Below are positions 24,443-34,899 of a stretch of DNA of 52,731 nucleotides, one piece after another; position 1 is the stretch's first letter, and the number at the start of each line of letters is the position of its first letter. Source of the DNA: a virus (Duplodnaviria > Caudoviricetes); the IMG/VR virus record IMGVR_UViG_3300050343_000104, positions 1-52,731 of that record; one strand, 5' to 3'. Made by a program: the position numbers and the translations under genes. The notes below the pieces were generated by a model. It worked only from the letters and a program-made list of their open reading frames with translations, had not been told where the DNA came from and did not search any database.

Positions 24443-26657
24443 TGGCTTACGAACAAACGTTATATAAAGTAGTTAATGATTACATTAAACCTGCTATAAT
24501 TAAAAAAAAGAATCGCTATTCTAAGTGGGATTACGGCTATAACAAAGAACACGATGTCGTTGTAATTAGCAAGTCCGGAAAAATAGGTGATATATACGAA
24601 ATTGGTAATGTGATGATTGCATTACCCAAAACAGAAAATGTAAAAAACTTAGGGGACAACAAATGGAAAGCCGCTGAATATCCTAAGTTATTAAAAAAAA
24701 TTAAAAGTGTTCAAGATTGGAACGCTTACCCAAATAGTTTTAAAGAACAATGGCATCCATATATAGATGAAGAATTTGAAAGACGTGAAAAAGGGTTTTG
24801 GTTTATTAATAAAAGCAAGCCTACTTACATTACTGGCACTCACTATATGTACCTGCAGTGGTCCAAAATTGATGTTGGATTACCGGACTTTAGAGAATCA
24901 AATAGATTATTCTATATATTTTGGGAAGCCTGCAAAGCGGATTCAAGATCGTACGGTATTTGTTACCTTAAAAATCGACGCTCTGGATTTTCATTCATGT
25001 CGTCGGGAGAAACAGTTAATTCAGCTACGATATCTTCAGACTCTAGATTCGGTATACTGTCCAAATCGGGGGCTGATGCTAAAAAAATGTTTACGGATAA
25101 AGTTGTACCAATCTCGGTAAACTATCCGTTTTTCTTTAAACCAATACAAGACGGTATGGACCGTCCAAAAACAGAGTTAGCTTACAGAGTGCCCGCTTCT
25201 AAATTTACAAGGCGAAAACTAGAGGACAATCAAATGCAGCTCAAGAATTAGACGGATTAGACACAACTATTGACTGGAAAAATACAGGTGATAATAGTTA
25301 TGATGGTGAAAAACTAAAACTATTAGTGCACGATGAAAGCGGTAAATGGGAAAAGCCTACAAATATACTTAACAACTGGCGAGTAACAAAAACTTGTTTA
25401 AGATTAGGTAGTAGAATTATTGGAAAGTGTATGATGGGATCAACATCAAACGCTTTGGATAAAGGCGGCAAAAACTTTAAAAAATTATACGACGGCTCGG
25501 ATACGTTATTAAGAAATAAAAATGGGCAAACTAAAACAGGTTTATATAAACTTTTTATTCCTATGGAATGGAATTATGAGGGTTTTATTGATCAGTACGG
25601 CTATCCTGTGTTTGATGTTCCAAAAAAAGAAACATTAGACCCTCAAGGAAATTTAATTACAGAGGGAGTAATACAGCACTGGGAAAACGAAGTTGAAGGA
25701 TTAAAAGATGATGCAGATGCATTAAACGAATATTATCGGCAATTTCCTCGTACAGAACAACACGCTTTTAGAGATGAGGCTAAACAATCTTTATTTAATT
25801 TAACTAAAATTTATCAGCAAATAGATTATAACGAAGAATTAAGAAATTCTTCAATGGTTACGCAAGGTAATTTTCAATGGGAGAACGGGATAAAAGATAC
25901 TAAAGTTATTTTTTACCCAAATAAAAGCGGAAGATTTTTTATTACCTGGGTTCCAAGCATAAGCCAACAAAATAATATAATAATAAAAAATGGAAATAAA
26001 TATCCTGGCAATGAGCACATGGGAGCTTTTGGATGTGATAGCTATGATATTAGCGGGGTTGTTGGTGGCGGCGGATCTAACGGATCACTTCATGGACTAA
26101 CTAAATTTTCTATGGAAGACGCACCTATAAATCATTTTTTTTTAGAATACATAGCTAGACCTGCAACTGCAGAAATGTTTTTTGAAGATGTACTTATGGC
26201 TATTGTGTTTTATGGAATGCCTTTATTAGCAGAAAATAACAAGCCTAGACTTCTTTATTATTTAAAAAGAAGAGGATACAGGGGCTTTAGTATTAACAGG
26301 CCAGATAAAACATATAACAAATTATCTTTAGCTGAGAAAGAAATAGGGGGAATACCTAATTCAAGTGAAGATATAAAACAAGCGCATGCAGCAGCCATAG
26401 AAACTTATGTAGAAGAATTCGTGGGAGAAATGAAAACAGGTTACGGCGACATTTATTTGCAAAGAACATTAGAGGACTGGGCAAGATTTGATATAAACAA
26501 CAGAACTAAGCACGATGCTTCCATAAGCTCCGGGTTAGCATTAATGGCTTGTAATAAACATAGGTATAGCCCTAAGGGCGCTATAAAAACTAAAACATAT
26601 TCTTTAGGTTTTAAAAAATATAACAACGAGGGATCTACTTCAAAAATAATACAATAA
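24442..26657 (+). CDS. terL: terminase large subunit (one frameshift near 25232)
   Basis: LKNRRSGFS (Walker A region), LLVHDESGK (Walker B), MGST, GCDSYD and HDASIS nuclease motifs across ORFs 24442..25251 and 25326..26657. Confidence 0.9.
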
Positions 26658-29069
26658 ATGAATGTAAGTACAAATACTAATAGCCCATTTCCAGATCAAG
26701 TAGTAAGTGACGCTGAGAAGTCAACATTAGAATACGGACTGCAAGTCAGTAGGGCTATAGAACAAGAATGGTTCAATTATGGAGGAAGTGGTTCAAATAG
26801 ATATGCAAATAATTGGAATAACTTTCATAATTTAAGATTATACGCTAGAGGCGAGCAAAGTGTTCAAAAATATAAAGACGAATTAGCTATTAACGGGGAT
26901 TTATCTTATCTTAATTTAGACTGGAAACCGGTTCCTATATTGTCTAAGTTTTCAAATATAGTTGCAAATGGCATAACTCAAAAACAATATGAATTAACTT
27001 CGTATGCACAAGATCCTGAATCTTTAAAGAAAAGAACTGATTTTGCTGAGAACATATTATTTGATATGTTGACTAAAGATGAGCAAGCTAAAGCTTCTGA
27101 AGTTATTAATATAAATTTAAGCAGGTCTAATATACCTTCAGATAGTTTGCCTGAATCAGTAGAAGAAAGAGATTTGCACATGCAACTAAGTTATAAGCAG
27201 GCTATTGAGGTTGCAGAAGAAGAAGCTATTAGCACCGTTTTAGCAACTAACGAATTTGATCTTACAAAGGCTAGAGTAAATCAGGACTTAGTTAATATAG
27301 GGATAGGTGTTACAAAAACTTCTTTTAACCCATCTGAAGGTATTGTAGTGGATTACGTAGATCCGGCTTACTGCGTTTGGTCGTATACTGAGGATCCTTA
27401 CTTCAATGATATATACTACGTTGGAGAAGTAAAATCAATAACTATACCCGAACTTAAAAAAGAATTTCCTAATATTTCAAGCGAAGAACTAGAGCGAATA
27501 CAAAAAATGCCGGGTAACCGCCGATATATTAAAGGTTTTGAAAATTACGACTATAATACTGTTCAAGTATTATATTTTGAATACAAAACATATACAGATC
27601 AGGTTTTTAAAATAAAAAGAACCGATTCGGGATTAGAAAAAGCAATTGAAAAAACTGATGAGTTTAACCCTCCGCCAAATGACAACTTTGAAAGAGTCTC
27701 AAGATCAATAGAGGTGTTATACGAGGGGGCAAAAATTGTAGGTACTGATATAATGCTTAAGTGGCAAATGTCAGAGAACATGACTAGGCCCTTAGCAGAT
27801 ACAACTCGTGTTGAAATGAGTTATTCTTTATGCGCTCCTAGAATGTATAAAGGGACTATACAGTCATTAATAAGTAAATGTATAGGCTTTGCGGACGTAA
27901 TACAATTAACTCATCTTAAAATACAACAAGTATTAGCCCGTATGGTTCCGGATGGTATATTTTTAGACATGGACGGCCTAGCTGAGGTTGATTTAGGAAA
28001 TGGCACAAACTATAATCCGGCTGAAGCATTAAATATGTATTTCCAAACAGGTTCGGTTGTAGGTAGATCTCTTACTCAAGATGGTGACATGAATAGAGGT
28101 AAGGTTCCTATACAGGAATTAAGTTCTTCTAATGGTATGGGTAAAATACAATCTCTTATTACCGCGTATAATTACAATATGCAAATGATTAGAGACGTTA
28201 CTGGATTAAACGAAGCAAGAGATGGGTCATTACCCTCAGCGGATTCATTAGTCGGTCTACAAAAAATGGCAGCTAACGCTTCAAATGTAGCTACTAAACA
28301 TATACAAGATGCAAGTATATTTTTAGCTTTAAGCACCTGCGAAAATATATCTTTAAAAATAGCTGATGTATTAAATTTTCCTCTTACGAAAAATGCTTTA
28401 ATGAATAGTATTTCTACATTTAATGTGGAAACACTGAAGGAAATAGAAAACTTAAATCTTCATGACTTTGGAATATATTTAGAAATGGAACCAGATGACG
28501 AAGAAAAAGCTGAATTAGCCGCTAATATAAATGCCTCTTTACAACAGGGGAGCATTGACATTGAGGACGCTATAGACATAAGAGAAATTAAAAACCTTAA
28601 GTTAGCTAATCAAATGCTAAAGCTAAAGCGCAAGAAAAAACTAGAAAGAGAACAGGCTTTAACACAACAAAACATACAAGCGCAAGCACAAGCTAATGCA
28701 GAGGCCTCAGAAAAAGCTGCTTTAGCAGAAGTGCAGAAGCAACAAGCTTTAACAGCAGAAAAAGTTGCTATAGAACAAGCTAAGTCGCAATTTGAAATGC
28801 AAAGAATGCAGACAGAAGCTCAAATTAAAAAGCAATTAATGGCGACGGAGTTTGAGTACAATATGCAGTTAGCTCAAGCTCAGATAGGGGCTGCTAAAAG
28901 TAAAGAAGCAGAAATTGAAGATCGTAAAGACAAGAGAGTAAAAATACAGGGCACTCAACAAAGCGAGCTTATACAGCAAAGACAAACAGAGGGTATGCCT
29001 AAGAATTTTGAATCTCAAGGTAATGACGTTATGGGAGGATTTGATTTATCCTCATTTGATCCCAGTTAA
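26658..29069 (+). CDS. portal protein
   Basis: 803 aa directly after terL; W.PVPILSKF, TGLNEARDG, long C-terminal Q/A-rich coiled coil as in podoviral portals. Confidence 0.85.
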   Translation: MNVSTNTNSPFPDQVVSDAEKSTLEYGLQVSRAIEQEWFNYGGSGSNRYANNWNNFHNLRLYARGEQSVQKYKDELAINGDLSYLNLDWKPVPILSKFSNIVANGITQKQYELTSYAQDPESLKKRTDFAENILFDMLTKDEQAKASEVININLSRSNIPSDSLPESVEERDLHMQLSYKQAIEVAEEEAISTVLATNEFDLTKARVNQDLVNIGIGVTKTSFNPSEGIVVDYVDPAYCVWSYTEDPYFNDIYYVGEVKSITIPELKKEFPNISSEELERIQKMPGNRRYIKGFENYDYNTVQVLYFEYKTYTDQVFKIKRTDSGLEKAIEKTDEFNPPPNDNFERVSRSIEVLYEGAKIVGTDIMLKWQMSENMTRPLADTTRVEMSYSLCAPRMYKGTIQSLISKCIGFADVIQLTHLKIQQVLARMVPDGIFLDMDGLAEVDLGNGTNYNPAEALNMYFQTGSVVGRSLTQDGDMNRGKVPIQELSSSNGMGKIQSLITAYNYNMQMIRDVTGLNEARDGSLPSADSLVGLQKMAANASNVATKHIQDASIFLALSTCENISLKIADVLNFPLTKNALMNSISTFNVETLKEIENLNLHDFGIYLEMEPDDEEKAELAANINASLQQGSIDIEDAIDIREIKNLKLANQMLKLKRKKKLEREQALTQQNIQAQAQANAEASEKAALAEVQKQQALTAEKVAIEQAKSQFEMQRMQTEAQIKKQLMATEFEYNMQLAQAQIGAAKSKEAEIEDRKDKRVKIQGTQQSELIQQRQTEGMPKNFESQGNDVMGGFDLSSFDPS

Positions 29070-29101
29070 ATAAGTATTTAATAATTATATAATATTATAT
29101 C

Positions 29102-30244
29102 ATGAATGAACAAACAAAAACGGAGGGGTCTTTTAAGATTCAGTCCAAACCAAAGCTAACTGATGAACAGCTAGCGGCTAAAAATAGAGAACCTTTAATA
29201 GACGTTCCTAGTAATGTAACTAAAGTAGTAATTCCTAAAGAAGAGAAAGATGCCGTTCAAGAGCCAAGCACAGATGGTGTGGATGAAAATAAACCAGCCG
29301 GAAATGTACAAGAAATGGCGGAGGAAACACCCGAACCAGTCATTAAAGAAATTACCGAAGAAGAAGAAGAAGTAGAGGCTAAAGCTCCTGCTATTGAACC
29401 ACCTCTTACTCAAAATGATTTACCTGACAACATAAATAAGTTAGTAGATTTTATGAGAGAAACAGGTGGAACTATGCAGGACTACATAAGATTAAACACT
29501 AATTACGAGGATATAGATAGAGACGTTTTAGTAAAAGAATATTACAAGGCTAGCAAGCCTCATTTGTCAAAAGATGAAATTAATTTTATGATTGAGGACA
29601 CTTTTGCATTTGACGAAGATATTGATGAAGAGCGAGACATCAAACGAAAAAAACTCGCATATAAGGAAGAGGTTTCAAAAGCCCGTAAATTTTTGGAAGA
29701 TACAAAGAAAAAGTATTATGACGATATCAAGTTGAAATCGCCAGCTATTCCTGAGGATCAACAAAAAGCTGCTGATTTTTTTAATCGCTACCAGGAGGAT
29801 CAAAAAAGAAACTCACAAAACCACGAGAAGTTTAAGACTCAAACTCAACAATTATTTAATAAAGATTTCGAAGGTTTCGATTTTAATTTAGGAGATAAAA
29901 AGTTTAGATACGGAGTTCAAAACGCTTCACAAGTGGGAGAAAAACAATCGGACATTAATAATTTTTTAGGGAAGTTCCTTGGAAAAGATGGGACGGTTGA
30001 AGATACTAAAGGGTATCATAAGGCTTTATACGCTGGTGCTAATGCTGATAAAATAGCAAGTCACTTTTACGAACAAGGCAAATCAGACGCTATTAGAGAT
30101 GTAGTAAACAAATCTAATAATGTTTCAACGGAAGCGCGAAAAGCTGCTCCTGTTGAGAGTGCAAGGTTTGGAGCTTATAAAGTTAAGTCAGTTTCTGGAG
30201 CGGACTCCAAAAAATTGAAAATTAAAAAGTTTAAAAACACATAA
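29102..30244 (+). CDS. capsid scaffolding protein
   Basis: Acidic, low-complexity N-terminus, helical; between portal and MCP. Confidence 0.7.
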   Translation: MNEQTKTEGSFKIQSKPKLTDEQLAAKNREPLIDVPSNVTKVVIPKEEKDAVQEPSTDGVDENKPAGNVQEMAEETPEPVIKEITEEEEEVEAKAPAIEPPLTQNDLPDNINKLVDFMRETGGTMQDYIRLNTNYEDIDRDVLVKEYYKASKPHLSKDEINFMIEDTFAFDEDIDEERDIKRKKLAYKEEVSKARKFLEDTKKKYYDDIKLKSPAIPEDQQKAADFFNRYQEDQKRNSQNHEKFKTQTQQLFNKDFEGFDFNLGDKKFRYGVQNASQVGEKQSDINNFLGKFLGKDGTVEDTKGYHKALYAGANADKIASHFYEQGKSDAIRDVVNKSNNVSTEARKAAPVESARFGAYKVKSVSGADSKKLKIKKFKNT

Positions 30245-30246
30245 CA

Positions 30247-31722
30247 ATGAGTTTATTACCACAATTTGGGACTATTGTCCCATCACAAACGCAATCATTA
30301 CTTGCGACAAATTACCTACAATGGAACAACAATGGCGGAGCCGCTGGAGTCCCAGGGAACTTTGCTGACTTTGCTCAGCAGTATTTACCAGAAATCTACG
30401 AAGCAGAAGTAGAGCGTTATGGAAACAGAACGTTATCTGGATTTTTAAGAATGGTTGGTGCTGAAATGCCAATGACATCTGATCAAGTTATTTGGTCTGA
30501 ACAAAACCGCCTGCATATATCTTACACAGATGTAGAGCTTGGAGCAGTAGATGGGACTAAGCAAATCGTTGATTTGAATAACGCAGCTGTTGCAGGAGTA
30601 CAAAACGTAATCTCTATTAATGACACAGTTGTTGTATTAGATCCAACTACTGGAAAAGAGGCTAAAGGTATTGTTACTGAATCAGGAGCTAATGCAGGAT
30701 CATTACTTGCTGCGGACTCTATTAAAATTCAAGTATTTTCAGGGCAAACATTTACTGCTTTAGGATTTACAGCTACAGGATTAAAGGTATTCGTTTACGG
30801 ATCTGATTATTCTAAAGGAACTACAATTGGAGCTGGTGCTGGAAATTCAGCAGCTAGAGTAAGTGTAGAGCCAGTATTAACTCAGTATTCTAACTCTCCT
30901 ATTATTATAAGAGATCAGTATGTTGTATCTGGATCTGATACCGCGCAAATCGGATGGGTAAATGTTGCTACTGAAGATGGAACTGACGGATACTTATGGT
31001 ATTTAAAAGCTGAATCTGAAACACGTTTACGTTTTGAGGATTACTTAGAAATGGCAATGGTAGAAGGTGAATTAAATGCATCTGCTCTTAATCCATTAAC
31101 TCAGCCAGGAACACAAGGTTTATTTGCAGCTATTCAAGATAGAGGTAATGTAGAAACTGGGTTTACTGCAGGTGGTGGATTAGCGGAATTTGATGCTATC
31201 CTTAAAAACCTAGATACACAAGGAGCAATTGAGGAAAACATGTTATTCTTAAACAGAGCCACAGCTTTAGATTTTGATGATATGCTTGCTGCTATTTCTA
31301 GCGGAGCTGCTGGAGGTGTTGCTTTTGGATTATTTGAAAATTCAGAAGATATGGCTCTTAACTTAGGATTCAGCGGATTCCGTAGAGGATCTTATGACTT
31401 TTACAAAACAGATTGGAAATACCTAAATGATGCATCTACTCGTGGAGCAATTGATGGTATTAATTCAATTGAAGGAGTATTGGTACCAGCTGGAACTTCA
31501 ACTGTATATGATCAAGTTTTAGGAACTAACATTCGTCGTCCATTCTTGCACGTACGATACAGAGCCTCTCAGACCGATGATCGTAGAATGAAGTCTTGGT
31601 TAACAGGATCTGTTGGAGGCGCTAGTAACTCAACTCTTGATGCAATGGAAGTAAACTTCCTATCTGAAAGATGTTTGATTACTCAGGCAGCTAACAACTT
31701 TGTATTATTCAGAGGAGCATAA
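30247..31722 (+). CDS. major capsid protein
   Basis: 491 aa after scaffold; QYLPEIYE.EVERYGNRT, WSEQNRLH, FLSERCL; strong codon bias; followed by terminator. Confidence 0.85.
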   Translation: MSLLPQFGTIVPSQTQSLLATNYLQWNNNGGAAGVPGNFADFAQQYLPEIYEAEVERYGNRTLSGFLRMVGAEMPMTSDQVIWSEQNRLHISYTDVELGAVDGTKQIVDLNNAAVAGVQNVISINDTVVVLDPTTGKEAKGIVTESGANAGSLLAADSIKIQVFSGQTFTALGFTATGLKVFVYGSDYSKGTTIGAGAGNSAARVSVEPVLTQYSNSPIIIRDQYVVSGSDTAQIGWVNVATEDGTDGYLWYLKAESETRLRFEDYLEMAMVEGELNASALNPLTQPGTQGLFAAIQDRGNVETGFTAGGGLAEFDAILKNLDTQGAIEENMLFLNRATALDFDDMLAAISSGAAGGVAFGLFENSEDMALNLGFSGFRRGSYDFYKTDWKYLNDASTRGAIDGINSIEGVLVPAGTSTVYDQVLGTNIRRPFLHVRYRASQTDDRRMKSWLTGSVGGASNSTLDAMEVNFLSERCLITQAANNFVLFRGA

Positions 31723-31732
31723 TAGCTCAAAT

Positions 31733-31778
31733 GTAATCATTACCCTCGTTGTATTAACGGGGGTAATTATTACTTTTA
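31733..31778 (+). terminator. intrinsic terminator after MCP
   Basis: GTAATCATTACCCTCGTT-gtatt-AACGGGGGTAATTATTAC followed by TTTT. Confidence 0.75.
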
Positions 31779-31802
31779 TTAATTATTTAATTATATTATA
31801 TT

Positions 31803-32660
31803 ATGGCAAATAAAAAAACAGCAACTAAAAAAGTTGCACCACAAGAACCTATTACAGATGGGTTACCAGTACAAACAGAAACAGTTAAGCCAACTAAACA
31901 GGCACCTGTTCAACCAGCAAAACCTAAATGGGAAATCAAAGATAGAATATATTTCTTATTAGGAAGACATACTCCTTTAACTCATACAATACCGGTAAGG
32001 CATACTAGAAAACATGCTTTGCTTTATTTTAATGAAGAAACAGGAAAACAAGAAGAACTAAGATACGCTACTAATCACGATTCGCCTTTTAAAAGTGAAC
32101 AAGAGGGAGAAGCTACCTTAGGGCATATAATGTTTAAAGATGGAGACTTAAGAGTCCCTAAAGAAAAACAAAATTTACAAAAGCTACTTTCATTATATCA
32201 TCCTATGAAAGGCAGGATATATGAAGAATATGATCCAGTAGAGGAAGCTTTTGACGATTTAGAATTACTAGACTTACAAACAGATGCAGCAGTATTTGCA
32301 AGAGATATGGATATTGACGACGCAGAGGCTATACTAAGAGTAGAAATGGGTAGTGCAGTCAGCAAATTATCTTCTAAAGAAATAAAAAGAGATTTAAGAA
32401 TATTTGCAAATAGAAACCCTGAGTTATTTTTAAACTTAGCTAATGATGACAATGTTCAGTTGCGTAATGTAGCTATAAAAGCTACCGAAGCAAACATAAT
32501 TAATTTATCTCAGGATCAACGAACTTTTTCTTGGGCATCTAACGGGCGGAAGCTAATGTCCGTGCCTTTTGATGAGAACCCATATTCAGCTATGGCGGCT
32601 TTTTTCAAAACGGACGAAGGTGTTGAAGTATATAGATCTATAGAAAAAAAGTTTAATTAG
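31803..32660 (+). CDS. conserved hypothetical protein of the head-tail module
   Basis: 285-aa ORF after MCP. Confidence 0.75.
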   Translation: MANKKTATKKVAPQEPITDGLPVQTETVKPTKQAPVQPAKPKWEIKDRIYFLLGRHTPLTHTIPVRHTRKHALLYFNEETGKQEELRYATNHDSPFKSEQEGEATLGHIMFKDGDLRVPKEKQNLQKLLSLYHPMKGRIYEEYDPVEEAFDDLELLDLQTDAAVFARDMDIDDAEAILRVEMGSAVSKLSSKEIKRDLRIFANRNPELFLNLANDDNVQLRNVAIKATEANIINLSQDQRTFSWASNGRKLMSVPFDENPYSAMAAFFKTDEGVEVYRSIEKKFN

Positions 32661-32688
32661 TAGTTTTTTAAAAAAACACGTAATTATA
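32660..32688 (+). promoter_or_regulatory. class L promoter-like motif upstream of tail genes
   Basis: GTAGTTTT-TTAA-AAAAACACGTAATTATA. Confidence 0.75.
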
Positions 32689-32706
32689 TTATAGATGGTG
32701 AATTAT

Positions 32707-32744
32707 TATTAGCCGGTTTCTTTAGTGAGGCCGGTTAATATTTA
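32707..32744 (+). terminator. 14-bp hairpin (terminator or leader structure)
   Basis: TATTAGCCGGTTTC-tttagt-GAGGCCGGTTAATA-TTTA. Confidence 0.55.
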
Positions 32745-32759
32745 TAACAAAAAAATAAA

Positions 32760-33677
32760 ATGGCAGTAAATGTAGACATAGTTTATAAAACGGTGTTGCT
32801 TATTCTTAATAAAGAACAGAGAGGTAACCTATCACCAGATGAATTTAACAAAGTTGCAACGCAAGTTCAGTTAGAAATATTTGAAAGTTATTTTGACACA
32901 GTAAATCAACAACTTAGAAGACCCGATAATGACACCGAGTACGGGGATAGAATTAAAAACGTTGATCAAGACATATCTATATTTAAAAAATACGGTGTTG
33001 CTGACTATAATTCTGCAGGCGGGTATTTTACTTTGCCTACAGCTTCTGGAGCTACAGCTGCAGTACAAAATTTTACAGGAGACGGGACAACTTCCTTGTT
33101 TCCGTTTACATCAATAACGTCTTCTCAATTAGCAAGCAGCGTAATATCAGTTACTATTAACGGGGTATTAACTACTGCTTATTCAATTAGTGGAGCTAAT
33201 ATAATATTTAGCACTATACCTGCAAATAATGACGCTATAGTCGTTACGGCGACTCCTGAGGACTTTTACAGATTGGGCACTGTTATATATAAAGACGAAA
33301 AAGAAGCTCAACTGGTGCAGCGAAATGAGATCCTGTACTTAAATTCTACACCTATAATAGCACCTACAGAAACTTATCCTGTTTATTTATATGAGGATAA
33401 AAAATTATATTTATATCCAAAGACTATAGCATCGGACATAACCATTAGCTATTTACGAAAACCTTTAGACGTAATTTGGAATTTTATAATACCATCGGGC
33501 CAAAATTATTATCAATATAACCCCACAAATTCTACGGATTTTGAATTATCAAAAACAGAACAAACTAATATAATATTAAAAATATTACTTTATTCGGGTA
33601 TTGTTATTAGAGACCCTTCGGTTATTCAGGTAGCCTCACAACAAGTTCAACAAGAAGTACAACGTTCAACACTATAA
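32760..33677 (+). CDS. tail adaptor/ring protein
   Basis: VYKTVL.ILNKEQRG.LSPDEFN..A..VQLEIFESYF and ISYLRKP pattern; first tail gene. Confidence 0.7.
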   Translation: MAVNVDIVYKTVLLILNKEQRGNLSPDEFNKVATQVQLEIFESYFDTVNQQLRRPDNDTEYGDRIKNVDQDISIFKKYGVADYNSAGGYFTLPTASGATAAVQNFTGDGTTSLFPFTSITSSQLASSVISVTINGVLTTAYSISGANIIFSTIPANNDAIVVTATPEDFYRLGTVIYKDEKEAQLVQRNEILYLNSTPIIAPTETYPVYLYEDKKLYLYPKTIASDITISYLRKPLDVIWNFIIPSGQNYYQYNPTNSTDFELSKTEQTNIILKILLYSGIVIRDPSVIQVASQQVQQEVQRSTL

Positions 33678-33680
33678 GAT

Positions 33681-34895
33681 ATGCCTATACCTAATGGCGG
33701 TTTAATAACCGAAACTAACGCACAATATTACGCAGGTTCTCAAAGATTTTTATCTGATGGCACAGGTAGGTTTGTAACAACTTTTAATACAGATTTAATA
33801 TTTGGGTCTTCTGACCCTGGAACTGTAGATTATACTTTAAACAATTTTGTTTTATATACAAGCCCTAATAATACCCCGGGGTCTTTTTCGGCTTATCTTT
33901 TAGACTTTACGGTTGAAGGTAATACGATAATAACAACAGTGCCAATACCAACAAATACTTATGTAGCTGTTCAACTCAAAGCAATGAACGGCGGTAGTTA
34001 TGGAAATGGAGAAGCTTTAGGCTCGGCTGTGCAAGAAAATTATGGCGGATATTCTTATACTTCTCTTAACAACGTTATAGACGGATTTATAGCAACCTAT
34101 GTCGGTGAACATAAATTAATACCCGATGTCAAAAGAACTGATGTAATATTTCATGCCAAAAGAGGGTTGCAGGAGTTTAACTATGATACTTTAAAAAGTA
34201 TTAAATCTCAAGAACTAACCATACCTGTTAGTCTTAGTGTAATAATACCTCAGGATTATGTTAACTACGTTAGCTTAAGTTATATCGACCCAATGGGCGT
34301 TAAACACAAAATATATCCTGCTAATAACTTAACAATTGCGCCTTACGAAGTTCCTTTACAAGACGAGGAAGGCGGTAATCCCGTTCAAGATAATTTTGGA
34401 GATAACTTAGAGGGATCCTCTCAAACATTAGAATTATGGCGAGCTGCTAATGATAATCTTTTAAGTGGTAACATAAGCGCTGTCGAGTATTCAGATTATG
34501 CGGGGTGGCTTACTGGAAATCCAGGTTCTGGAGAAAGATATGGTAGTGATCCCCAATATTCTCAAAGAAACGGTTGGTTTAACGTTAATGAAAGAGATGG
34601 AACAATTTCTTTCTCGTCTAATTTAGTAGATAGAAGAATAGTCTTAGAATATATTTCAGACGGATTAGCTTATGCTTTAGATTCTAGAATACCTAAAATG
34701 GCTGAAGACGCATTATATGCTCATATTCTTTATTCAATATTAGCATCTAGAATTAATCAACCGGAATATATAATACAAAGATTAAAAAGAGATAGGTCTG
34801 CAAAGTTAAGAAATGCTAAAATAAGATTATCTAATATTAAACTTGAAGAAATAGTTCAAGTAATGCGAGGCAAATCTAAATGGATTAAATCATAA
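33681..34895 (+). CDS. tail ring/tubular protein
   Basis: FHAKRGLQEFNYD, IPQDYVNYV, VLEYISDGL, IPKMAEDALY. Confidence 0.7.
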   Translation: MPIPNGGLITETNAQYYAGSQRFLSDGTGRFVTTFNTDLIFGSSDPGTVDYTLNNFVLYTSPNNTPGSFSAYLLDFTVEGNTIITTVPIPTNTYVAVQLKAMNGGSYGNGEALGSAVQENYGGYSYTSLNNVIDGFIATYVGEHKLIPDVKRTDVIFHAKRGLQEFNYDTLKSIKSQELTIPVSLSVIIPQDYVNYVSLSYIDPMGVKHKIYPANNLTIAPYEVPLQDEEGGNPVQDNFGDNLEGSSQTLELWRAANDNLLSGNISAVEYSDYAGWLTGNPGSGERYGSDPQYSQRNGWFNVNERDGTISFSSNLVDRRIVLEYISDGLAYALDSRIPKMAEDALYAHILYSILASRINQPEYIIQRLKRDRSAKLRNAKIRLSNIKLEEIVQVMRGKSKWIKS

Positions 34896-34899
34896 TTAA

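Noticed and set aside
25225-25326. Intron, intein or programmed shift in terL
   Set aside because: Protein sequence continues directly in another frame (AAQELDGLDTTIDW) with no inserted element; a simple indel explains it
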